Source of the DNA: Octopus bimaculoides
Taxonomy: Eukaryota
Direction: 5' to 3'
Length of the DNA stretch: 64,000 nt
NCBI RefSeq assembly: GCF_001194135.2
Contig: NC_068998.1
Coordinates: 685,004 to 749,003, forward strand
This document shows positions 39,877 to 51,720 of this stretch, piece after piece (positions within the stretch are counted from its first letter, which is position 1; the number at the start of each line of letters is the position of its first letter). The position numbers and the translations under genes were made by a program. The notes under the pieces are model-generated. The model ran no database searches, was not told the DNA's origin, and saw only the letters and a list, made by a program, of their open reading frames with translations.

Positions 39877-41668
39877 AATGTTTTCCCCCGACTGATGCTT
39901 ATCATATATTCTGTATGTTGTGAGGAGTAGTCTGATTGGCTATATAGCTTCCAATCAGTGGCTCATTGCATTAAAGTATAAACATTCCTGGAAAAATTCT
40001 ACTTCATGCATTGCAACAAGCTTTTTTTTTTTGTTTTTTTTTTAAAGGACATCTATGAATATTGCTATATTTTGCTAGACTAAAGATTATAACTAATTCT
40101 GAGATTAGGAAACAACTGCAAACCCAAACTGTGTTTAGTTACGTTGGCATTATATCAAATATTAAAATCAATAAATTTAGAATCAGTCACAGCCAGAGAT
40201 TCTATATTCAGATCCATTTAGGTATTTTAAACCATTCTTGTAATTACAAAGATATTCCATCCTTGTACATAAAAACACTCATGTCCATGCACGAACAACT
40301 TTGTGTTCAAGGTTTTATTCAGATGGTTCTGAACATCTTACCATGTTCCATGATGACAGTGAGTAAATAGAAGGAATTCAAACTACAAAAATTACTTTCA
40401 GACAGGCACTAGGCACAGAATACCATAGCAAGTTGCTGGTAGGAACGAATACCGAATCCGCACGCCAGGCTCTCTCTCCAAAGTTGATCTTGTTGTTACT
40501 TAAAGAAAAGAGGAAGTTCAATGGGAATACGCTGCTAAATAGGCGATATGTTTCTAATGCCCTCCTGTGTGTCGTTTAGCAGTTATTCCTTGTATGCTAG
40601 GAAAGGGGGAAGTTAACCAATGTTCACTTGGCATGTTCTAGAACATTTGACAGGGGGAGATAGCTGTTGTTGACTCCCAACGAATATTTTGTGGGCTACG
40701 AACCTGCTTCAAATAGCGTTGTCTACAGATTGATACCTGAGGGTCTTATCAAGTGGCTTCTAGTGGCGGAAGCCTGAATTGCCATGGCTTCAGAGAACGT
40801 TTCCGGTTACTTTTGAGTACCTACCCCCTTGTAATTGACCTTTTTACGGACCTAAACCATACTAGAAGATAATTGTCATTTATTCTTTTCTCGGTTCTAA
40901 ACCACAGAAGTATGGCAGATGACTACTGACTTCGTAAATTCACTCGTTTTGTTCCATCATCGGAATTGGAAAATTAAAAAACAATTCGTTATTTACTGAC
41001 AATTTTAAAGGAATATTTAAGCAAAATCTTACGTATTAATCTCTATATTGCTGTATAATTTGGGTTTTATTATCGTAGCATCGATATTCATTTGACGAAG
41101 ATATACGAGACATACTGCATTTCCGTTTTAGTTTCAAACCACTCAAACATTATTTACGTATTTTTTTAATGTTTTAAATAATATTTTTTGAAACTCCACC
41201 ATGTCCCTAGATGTTCTTTGTAGGGCTCTGATAGAGAACTACTGGGATAGAAGGTCCGTCTCTTTGGTTCGAAGAATTTGTAATGGAGACGTTTATTGAG
41301 GAATTATTAGGAAAACGAAAATTGAACTTCTATTTACAAGATTTATTTATGCTGAGAGAACGTAGAAAAATATAAACATATCAATAATATATAGTAATAA
41401 TATAGAGAAATAATACATGGAGATGATATACTGAAAGATAGAAACATAGAATACAAATATTTATAATAATATATACCAAGAGATAATACCAACCTTCATT
41501 GTAGAATAATAAAAGGCGGGGCGCTAGCATGGTTCTCGAACAAAAGTTCAGACAAGTGTTAAACAGGAGTCAGCAACCGTTTACAAAAAGTAAATGGTAA
41601 TTAATAACGACATAAATCTTCAGCTTAACAAAGACGGCTGTCTCTAAAAAGCACTGATACCCATAAAG

Positions 41669-41908
41669 CGACTCAAATATTCCGAGGGTAAAAAGTTATA
41701 TTGTAATCTATTGCTTGCAAGCGGCGCAGACATTTGAGGGTACGTGCTATGTTGTAACCAGTGTGTCAAAACGAGTCTGGTCAATCCGGGATTAATTGTA
41801 ATTAGTGTCTGCAGACGACTCAAATACTCGAGGCAATGTGCTAAAATTGCAACCAGTGTATTTAGACGAGTTGGTTAATCTGGGAACAGTGTTATATTGT
41901 AACCAGTG
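41669..41908 (+). repeat. Degenerate ~50-bp tandem repeat, 5 units
   Basis: TTG(T/C)AA(C/T)..(G/T)TG-like anchors at 41701, 41752, 41796, 41847 and 41897. Confidence 0.65.
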
Positions 41909-42487
41909 CAAGAAAGAGAAAAGTACATTTCAGTGTTAATTTTATCGAATTCTTCGATAGAGAAAGAACTTACCATAAGATTTGAGGCTTAATTCAATTC
42001 ATAAGCAGTGGAATGATGGGTAAAAAAAAAAAATTTTTGGTACTTCTTTGGAATTCACCCCCACCCTATAACTTTTGAACTAGTAATTAAAAAAAGTCTT
42101 TTTGATAAATTTTTATATTAACACACGAACGATTTTCACTCAGAAAAAAAAAATCCGATTTTTTGCGTGGAATCAATATGCTGCAAATCCTTTATTTTGG
42201 TCCGGAATCATTGGACTTTTTTTTTTTACGTTGAATGAATTCCGGTGACCTCCTAATATACTACAAAACTCTTTTTGGGGTCCGAAAAACGGGGTGGAGT
42301 GAGTGGAAGCCTCGGAAATATCACCCCACCCCCATTGTCTTTTCACCCGCACGATTTTCACTAAAAAAAATAAAAACAAAAATCGCGCCCAAGGGAAATT
42401 TTTGTGTGTGGGGGGGGGGGCGTGGGGGGAGGAGAAAGATGAATGATTTAAAATAAATATATCTTAATTGATCCGTAAGAAATGATA

Positions 42488-42623
42488 TCCGGCTGTGGTT
42501 GTGTTGTAAGTAGTTTGCTTACCAGCCACAACATTCCGGGTTCGTAACCACTCCGTGACATCTCGGGTAACTGCATTCTACTGTATGGATTTGGTAGATG
42601 GAAACTGAAAGAAGCCCGTCGTA
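42488..42623 (+). mobile_element. SINE family A, 5' half
   Basis: GGCTGTGGTTGTG...CCGGGTTCG...GGATTTGGTAGATGGAAACTGAAAGAAGCCCGTCGTA. Confidence 0.7.
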
Positions 42624-42639
42624 CTACGTTTTATCATCA

Positions 42640-42880
42640 AAATATTTTATTCTTTTATTTGTTTCAGTCATTTGACTGCGGCCATGCTAGAGCACCGCCT
42701 TTAGTCGAGCAAATCGACTTCAGGACTTATTCTTTGTAAGCCTAGCACTTATTCTATCAGTCTCTTTTGCCAAACTGCTAAGTTACGGGGGCGTAAACAC
42801 ACCAGCATCGGTTGTCAAGCGATACTAGGGTGACAAACACAGACACACAAACATATACATACATATATATATATATACAC
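42640..42880 (-). mobile_element. SINE family A, 3' half, inverted
   Basis: The reverse complement matches the 3' half of the copy at 49278 (CCCCGTAACTTAGC...GATAGAATA...AGGCGGTGCTC.AGCATGG). Confidence 0.75.
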
Positions 42881-43884
42881 AAAGAATAAGTGCCTGAATT
42901 TCAAAGGACCAGAGATATAAGAAGGTTGATCAAATCCATTATACACCGCCCCTGCTCCGCCTACAAAATGAAAGCAGTTGTGCCAAAGTTATCGTGATGG
43001 AGGTGGGCAGTGGAGCAGGAAAAACGACAGATATTGACAAGTCCCTTAACCCTTGCGGTTACTCTGGGCGCTGCAGCTATGCAGCGTAACTTTACAGTTA
43101 CGTTTTATTCTGATGGCCTGAGTTCAAAACTGGTTGTATTCCACTTTTGCCTTTCATTACCGTGGGGTTGACAAAAACAAATACTTGACTCTGTCTTCTA
43201 CAATCCTTCCCTAAAATTCCTGGCCTGGTGCCAATGGAAAATAAAATCATAATTGGCATTTTTCTTGAAGTTGGTCTTTGGATTCGCTTGTGCCACATTC
43301 TTGTTTAGAGCGTCTGTTGTTTATTCCCTGTTCTCATAATAACTGCAGTTTCAGCCTCGACCTGGAATGTGCAGAAAATATTTACAAGTGTGATGCGTCG
43401 TCAACCGTCTCAACTAACCGATTTACACACACACACACGTGCGCACACACACACAAGCATACATGCACTGGTGTCTGGCTTTGAGTGGGGTGAGTATGTG
43501 AGTGTGTGTGGGTGGGGAACTGCCAAAACAGAGAGATTTGACATTCTGGCACTTTATAATAGTAAGAAATAGTTCAGTTTGGCAGGTTGACAACGTCTTT
43601 AAGCATCAACTGAACATTGCTATGAATATCATAAAAATGTGTTTATTAAACACAATTCCAGAATATTTAAATAAGAAATAAAACAAAAAACATTAAATAA
43701 ATTCGGTGAGCAGTGGGAATACTTGGTTCTTGTTTGATAATTGGTCAACTAGAATCAAGGTAAACGTGATGAGCACTTGTGTATGTTTCGACGAAGAAAT
43801 CTTCCAAAGCAATCAGAACTTGCAAGATGAAAGCTGAAAGTTTGTCGTCAAAAAACGACGCAGAACTTGTTTCGAAAGGTAGAG

Positions 43885-44113
43885 CATGTTATGGCGGAGT
43901 AAGTTGTTATGTACGGCGTAAAACATATTTATGACCAAGTAATTAGATAATACGACGGAGTAAGGACATATTGTGGCGGAGAAAATATGCTAGAATAATT
44001 ACATCCTAGGGTGGCGTAAAACCTATTGTGATAGACTGAGATTTGTTATGTCGGAGAAAAACTTGTTATGACGGAGTAATCCATGTTATGGCAGAATGAA
44101 GCATATTATGACG
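43885..44113 (+). repeat. Degenerate ~20-bp tandem repeat (TGTTATG(A/G)CGGAGTAA)
   Basis: Roughly ten diverged copies of the TTATG.CGGAG core. Confidence 0.7.
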
Positions 44114-46119
44114 CTTAGTTTAACAGACATAAAAGTCTTGAAACGAAGAGGACTCTAGGTACTTTTGCGGTTGATGCATTTTTGAGTTGGTGTTGCTAGC
44201 ACTGGGTCATTCTTGATCCAAAATACCTATGATCCAATGCGATTTAGAACAAATTTTGCTGCTGTTTCTAGCAGTTTCATGGCTAAATCAAAACCTGATT
44301 TATTTTGAAGTATATCTTCAAACCAAACTCCATACAATGTAGTTTATATTGTATTAAACTACCAAAAAGATCGGAAGAAGGTTACTTTTTGTTTGGATGT
44401 AGGGAATAAAAAGTAAAAAGGATTAGGAACGAATCATTGCTGTCGTCCTTTGGAACAATCGTTAATTGACAACAATTTATCTTTCAAACAATGCTGTATG
44501 ACTTCCTTAATCAATAAGTGTGTATATGTGTAGGTATGCGCTCGCGCGTATAAATGAACCGAAATGCCCCATGGGAACCGACTCCGAGTGACCTGTAGCA
44601 AGTATTCAAACAACATTGACAAATACAGCTATATCAAATACCGTACAACATAATTTTTTGATTTATTAAAATTATTTCTGCCTATAGAGGATGTGTCACA
44701 ATTATCAAATGGCAATGAAGACCAGCTCCACGTGAGGAGATAATCGCAAGGAAAAGGCCAGGTTTATTGTCTGGAGATACCAAGACAGTCATAGACATTG
44801 TGTCTCTGCCTCAAGAGGCGTCATCAGCACAGCAACTGTTCGACCTTATCTCCAATAGCCATGGGACTCAGATTTATTTATTAAAATAAAACGAAAAATA
44901 ACTTAGAGTGGCCAATCTCATGTGTTTGAACAGCATATTGACGATTCAATTCGATCCCCCCGAAAGTGTTCAGTCGTTTCACGAGTGCGTGCTTGCTGTT
45001 GCTCTTTATAAGTTGGTCGTTTTACATCGCTAGCATTATCAGTTGTTTTAAAATACATACGTGTGCGTGTGCGTGTGTGTGTGTGTGTGTGCGTGTGCGT
45101 GTGTGTGTGCGTGCGTGCGTGCGTGCGTGCGTGCGTGTGTGTCTTGCATATATTTAGAAATCGCACCAGCTGGGCAGAATTACAGAAGAGGGTCGCTAGA
45201 GAAGGATATATTTTGGGGTGTGAGAGTTGGGGGTAGAGTGTGAGCGATATTTGGGGAGGTGAAGAAAGAAAGGGAGAGGAGTGAGAGACAAAAAGAGATT
45301 CACTGTTATATTGGGAAAACTGGGATTTAAAAAATCCTTTTTTTTATATATACAAGAAAATGTTCGGTGTTTTATAACGACATTTTAAAGAAGCAGTGGC
45401 TTTAGTAAGAAAAGAGCTAGAGATATGCCTACACAATGACAGAAAGACACAGAGATCCTTTCAGCAGCCAGGATGGAGTAAGAGAAACTTGACGAAGGTT
45501 TAATGAAGTCGAAACTTATCGATCTTCTTTATCCGAACTGGATTCTGACATGCACCATTAACTTTATTCCTATATTTTCACAGTGAGGTTCAATTATATT
45601 AAACATAGGGTTGTAACGGTTTACAAATCTGAACTTAAACACGCTGTGTTGCAGCTCCATTTAACACACAAACATACACACAAATAAACACACATATAGG
45701 AGTATGCATGCATGATAGCATGTGTGTGTGTGTGTGTAAATACATACACATGTGAGCGCATATGTGCCTATACACGTAAATATATATATATATATATATA
45801 TATATTATACACCCATCCATATAGTAATCTACGTGTGTATGTCTAGAGAAAAAGGTGGGGGGGGGGCTGAGTGAATGAGATAGTCGAGAGTAATCTGGCC
45901 CAGCGCCGAATACGAGTTTGCCCTTCAAATAGAAATAAACACTAAGTACTTATAAATATGTAAAAGTACTGAGGTCAGGTCGATCGGAAATAAGCCCGCT
46001 TCCATGAACATCCCCGACACTCCCTCATTCCCAACCTTTCTTTCTTTCTCTTCTATCCCCCCTGAAATGTGTGTGTATATTATATATACGTGTCCGTGTG
46101 TGCATGTATGTATGTATGT

Positions 46120-46160
<41 letters not shown>

Positions 46161-46216
46161 AGCAATAATGCTACTTCTAAAATCTCTCTCAGAGATCAAC
46201 GCAGTGTTGTACTGAC

Positions 46217-46297
46217 AAGTAATATTCGTAGCCACTTTAAAATCGTAGTAGAGTTCGTTCAAACGGAGTCATGTTAAAGTGGCTACGAATATTACTT
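46217..46297. repeat. 81-bp hairpin with perfect 24-bp inverted arms (MITE-like)
   Basis: AAGTAATATTCGTAGCCACTTTAA (46217-46240) and TTAAAGTGGCTACGAATATTACTT (46274-46297), 33-nt spacer. Confidence 0.85.
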
Positions 46298-46779
46298 TAT
46301 ATATATGTGTATGTATAAATTTAGTTAGAGGACATGTTAACCTCGTGAAGAAATGGTTGCATCCAAGGAAATACTGGTTCAATACCTAGTATTGTTGGGA
46401 AATGAAATTCCCTTAAAATAATAGATGTATATTAAGCATATAGTTTATATCCATTTAAAAGAAGAAAATTAAATGGAGATAAGGAAGTTAGCAATTATTT
46501 ATTATTAACAAATTGGTCATCTTCGTTTCTTACGGCCGTTTCAATTAATACTCAATTGTTTAATTACAAATTTATACATTAAGTTTGCATTTATGTGTCA
46601 TGAGCATAATTTCATCGAGGGGTGGGGGAAACCCCAGATACCTTGAGATGTTATATGCGGACCTATCAATTCATTTCACCAGACTCTGCTGAAAGACTCT
46701 GTCACATGAATGCAAATTTAATGTACAAATTTGTAATAAAACTATTGAATATTGATTGAAAAGCTTGTAAGCGAAGAAT

Positions 46780-47494
46780 ACCAATGCTACAAAAGTGCAC
46801 AATCGTCTGCAAAGATCACGAACTGTTTGCAGCAAAGTCTTAGTTTTTGCTTTGAAGCGCTGTTGATTGAACAAGCCACCGTCAGTCCCGTACTCAAACT
46901 TTACTCCTTCGTTAACACCCTCAAATAAGAGTGGTGTAAGAACACAGCCTTGTTTTGTTCTATTTGAGACTGTGAATGAATTGGACACCTTCCGCTAGAT
47001 CTGATAGAAGCCATCATCCTTTGATGGAAAGAAATGATGACGTTGAGCATCTTTTCGGGAACACTTAGCTTTCTAAGGACAAACCAATGGATACGGTGTC
47101 GAAAGCTTTAGATCTACAAAAGTGATAAATAGGTCTCGGCTGTGCACACGAACCTGTTCCTGCAGCTGACTCAGGCTGAAAATCACACCGACTGCGCCTC
47201 TACCAGCCTGGGATTCAGACAACACTAAGCTGAAAAAGGCATAAATTTAGTCTGTTTAAGATAACCCTTCCAAGGATCTTCTCGGCAACACACAAAAGAC
47301 AGATACCCCTATGGTTGTCACATTCACATTTGTTGCCTTGTGCTAATAAAGATGGACAATGGAAGCTTCTTTAAACTCCCGTGTGACTGATTCCTGATTC
47401 CCAGATTAACGAGAAGAGTTCACAAAATTTTGTTCAACAAGAGATTGCTCCCACGTTTATATATCCGGCTGGTATGCCATCGTTCCCAGACGAC

Positions 47495-47495
<1 letters not shown>
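46780..47495 (-). mobile_element. RTE-clade (BovB-like) LINE reverse-transcriptase fragment, pseudogenised
   Basis: Minus strand motifs in order: DGIPA, EFKEASIVHLY, CDNHRGI, KILGRVILNRL, FVDL-KAFDTV, KQGCVL.PLLF, TDGGLFN..RFKAKTK and a frameshifted ADDCAL. Bounded by (TATC)n. Confidence 0.88.
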
Positions 47496-47564
<69 letters not shown>

Positions 47565-47586
47565 GTTTGTCTATCTATCTATCTAC
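47495..47586. repeat. (TATC)n microsatellite
   Basis: Direct reading. Confidence 0.95.
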
Positions 47587-48421
47587 CTTGATAGATAATG
47601 AAAGAGAGAAAGAGAGGCAAAAGAAAGAGAGACGGGTTGATAGATATAAATAGCTAGGAAGGCAAATAGATAAATATGCAGAGAAAGAGAGACGCGAAAA
47701 AGCTATCGATAAAAAGACACCCAGTATATGATATTCTCTTATTGTTATCATTATTCCACTTTATGTCTGTCTTTGTATTGTCCCCCTCGTCCTTGCCTTG
47801 TGGCAAATAAATGAAATCATCATCATCATCATCATCATCATTATTATCATTATTATTATTATTTTTAGGTTTGGTTTCTTTTCCCTGATATCGTATCTTA
47901 TTACCTCATCCCCCCCTACACATATGCGTTACCTTTCTTTGCATTCTAAGATAGTACTTAGCTGATGATGTTTCACACATGCGCAACTTGAGAAATTGGA
48001 GATCTCCTCCTCCTCGTCCTCCTCTTCCTCCACCACCACCACCACCCAACCCGCATTGTTGTTCTTGTTTTTGTTAAACAGTGAAGTAGCTTTCGTGACA
48101 GTTATAGGCCGACATCTATTAATAAATCTCTCTTTCCCTCTCTCTCCCTCTCTCTTCTTCTCTCTCCCTCTCACTCGCTCTCCCCTCCTCTCCCTCTCCT
48201 TCTCTCTCTTCTCACCGACTCAATATGAATATTATTAAGATATGAGCAGTTTTTAGATAACAATAGAAATATAATAATTACCATTGGCTAATTATAATCA
48301 TTGGTTAATTAGATGATATGTTGGAGTTTTTTAACGTGTGTGTGTGTGCGTGTGGGTGAGAGAGAGTGAGAGAGAGTGTATAAGTGTAAATTAATTTTCG
48401 TTGGTTGATTCGGTTGCAACC

Positions 48422-48422
<1 letters not shown>

Positions 48423-48452
<30 letters not shown>

Positions 48453-48512
48453 CTTCTTCTTCTTCTTCTTCTTCTTCTTCTTCTTCTTCTTCTTCTTCTT
48501 CTTCTTCTTCTT
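48423..48512. repeat. (TTC)n microsatellite
   Basis: Direct reading. Confidence 0.95.
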
Positions 48513-49277
48513 CTCTGTCGACTAATTTATATATATGGCTAATTAGATAATATATGGATCTTTTCTGTTTGGCTGCACCTTTGAAATTTTAAAGTTCAGT
48601 GAAAATTTCTAAATTTGGTGTATTGATGTAATTTTCCATGGTGAACCTCAGGAGATAATTCACTTTATTCCAGGAAAATTTTTTTTTAAAGTTACAGAGG
48701 TTTTACGTTTGATCATTCTCACTTAATCAGAAAACAGAATTTGGAAGCTGTCATTTGCTGTCAACTGCATGTATTTGGCTTAACGCCATATAACCCTTCA
48801 TAACTTTTGTATGTTTTGGAATTTTCAGAAAATTTTTGCAAATTTGTATTCTACACACAGCAATTCATACGATTATGCAAAACAAAAAGAAAACATTTGG
48901 TGTATGATTTAAGGCCTACTTAGCTATTATGTTTAGCACATCTCACGACCACCTCATACCTCATGTGTTTTAAGCATTTAATAAGCGAAAAATGACCACG
49001 CGCGTAAGCAGCTTCATCACAGCTTGGCTTGTCACTGTGGAAACAGGTACCTATGTGTCTGTGGCTTTCGACTGGATAAAATTAACCAAAATTTGCAAAC
49101 TTTTAAAACTATTAACTCTTTATTTATTGTTTTATGGCGAAAATGAATTTCATGTCAATGCTTGTATATAATATATTACAGTCATGTTGAAACAGGTGAT
49201 ATGGGAAAGAGTGTGAGCCCTTCAGAGCTGCGGGCCCTCGGGCAGTGCCCGACTGACCGACGGCTCAGTTAGCCCCT

Positions 49278-49620
49278 GGTCGCAGGCATAGATAAGAAGT
49301 TTGCTTCGCAACTTTGTGGTTTCTGGTTCAGTCCCTTGGGCAGGTAAGCGTCTCCTGCTATGACCCAGGGCTGATCAATTCCTTCTGAAGGAATTTGGAA
49401 AGTGGAAACTGTATGGAAAACCGTTGTGTTTATTTGTGCGCGTATATCTTTGACCCCACTCACTACTTAACGTCCCCGTAACTTAGCTGTCCGATAGAAT
49501 ACGTACCAAACTTATAGACATGTATGCGGTCGATTTGTTTGGCTAAACTATTCAAGGCGGTGCTCCAGCATGGCAGTAGTACAATAGCTGGAACAAGTAA
49601 AATAATGAAAAGAAAAGAAA
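49278..49620 (+). mobile_element. Near-full-length SINE family A copy
   Basis: Head (GATAAGAAGTTTGCTTC...GGTTCAGTCCCTTGGGCA), middle, and an A-rich tail AAAAGAAAAGAAA. Confidence 0.7.
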
Positions 49621-51499
49621 TAGGAGCTACGGGAGAGTCAAGAAGGAAGTTGACTCCGGTTTAACCGGCACCAAGGAATAGAATATTGCCGATATTTTGG
49701 TAAGAAATGTAAAAAAGTTTCTAAATTCTGAAGACGGCTACTTAGGTTCGGTGGTATTGAGGAAGGGTTGAACTATCTTCATCTGGATATGAAAATACTT
49801 TACCACAGTTGGCATATATAGGTTGGTTGGCAGCACTGCCTGCCTGAAGGAGGTGTTCTACCATGAAATATCTGCAGTAGATTTGAATTTATGATCTATA
49901 AAGCAGGTAGTTCGGTATTTTATCGACAATCTCGCCTCTGCAGGAGACAGAGGAAGGGTATTACAAGGATAAGAAGAGAATCTTCTAGAATAATGGCATC
50001 AAGAATTCAACGTCAATGTCAATGGCAAGCTGCAGAAGAAATAAATGGTGAAGCATCTCAGACACGGATTCTCTGAAGAAAATGGGTGGAATATAGTTGT
50101 AATAATCTTGGAACATTTTAAGAAAAAGATTTCTTTGTTTGATCGAACCAAAATTCTCTCGTGGTGTAAGAAACTATCATGCAATGGTTTTAGATTACAA
50201 ATTATTTGTTAAAGGCAAATTGTTTGTACTTGTAATCCGAGTAAAAAAAAAGAAAGTGAAGTTTGGACTATAAAAATGATAGAACTGTCGATTTTGATGA
50301 AGAATATTTGTCAGAAAATGGTGGAATGGTGGGGTGGTCGTCTCGGAAGAATCAGGAAATCTGTGTCTACTTATTGAATCAAAGTAAAGAAATATAAGTT
50401 ATACCGTCACGGGGAAATTGAAGTCTCAATCAATAATATTGAATTATCTTAGGGAATAAATAGATTGTTCCAAAAAGGGATCTATTGATTATTAAGTATC
50501 GATTATAGAAATCTAAGGCAAGTTATTATGTTGCAGTTGAAAAGAATCCTCTAAAATTACCATGAATTCTACAGAGGAAAGAAATGGACTTGTGCTAATT
50601 ATAGCAAATTTATTGCGTCGAGGGATGGTGCGGCTGCTGCTGCTACTCTTAACAACAACAACAACAACGACGACGACGACGATGACGACGTTGATGATGA
50701 TGACTAGCTTTTGCCTTGTGTTGGTACGAGCAGAGTCCAAATCTCACCCAGAGACCTCAAGAGACAAACAAGTTATAACTTCATCTCGGTATTATGACTG
50801 GGATTATTGATAACTGCCATGTTTCGCGGGAAAGAGATTTGTATTTTAATTTTCTAGCTTGGATTCGTAAGAAATATTGTTTCAGAAAATGGGCTTTGCA
50901 TATGCGTGCTGAGTGTCGTTATTGGTTCTGACCGTAAAAAAGGTGGGAATTACGTCTTTGTGTAGCATTTCTCCAAACTGTCAGAATATTATTTTACTGA
51001 ACGACTTCTGCCAGAATGCTGAAATTAACAGTACAATGATTCTCTAGGATTTATCAACATAAATGGGGAGATAAGAGATAACCTGACATTATTGTCGAAA
51101 CCTTGTTTATAAATAGATGTGGTTTGTCCATCAGTTAAGAAAATAATGAATACCCTTTTATATTCTTTAAATTCTGATGTAAGAATAAACGTATTGTTTA
51201 AAAAAAAACGTGACGCTATTAGTTATATTTGTTCCTGCAATAAACAGCAGACATCGGAATATAATACTTTATCTGAGTTGGGGGATGAATTTCAGGTCAT
51301 AGAACACTGAAAATTCTCTATAACAATTATGTAAGACACAAAAGGAGTCGGATGATGACGCCAGTTGTGGCCACAGTGAGTAGAAACATAGGAGATCAAT
51401 GTGTCCGATAATAGATCAGCACACAGCAATATTACATTAGATTATTTTATGCACAATTCGTGGTAAACTGGAACAGAGATTTTAATATTAGAAAACCTT

Positions 51500-51720
51500 A
51501 AAGCGGCGAGGAGGCAAAATCGTTAGTAAAGCGGGGGAAATGCTTAGCGGTATTTCATCCGTTTTTACGTTCTGAGTTCAAAGTCCTTCGTGGTCGACTT
51601 TGCTTATCATCCACCTCGGGATCGATAAAATAAGCACCAGTTGAACAGTGGTGTCGATGTAATCGATTCATCCACTCCCTGAAATTGTTGGCCTAATGCC
51701 AAAACTTGAAATCATTATAA
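51500..51720 (+). mobile_element. SINE family B copy with CpGs retained
   Basis: GCGGCGAG...GAAATGCTTAGCGGTATTTC...GTTCTGAGTTCAAA...GTCGACTTTGC...ATCGATAAAATAAG.ACCAG. Confidence 0.72.

Noticed and set aside
38963-39930. ORFs of 230-300 aa
   Set aside because: They span N gaps and AT repeats.
49640-50180. Possible Penelope RT vestige on the minus strand
   Set aside because: Motif resemblance is too weak to call without an HMM search.
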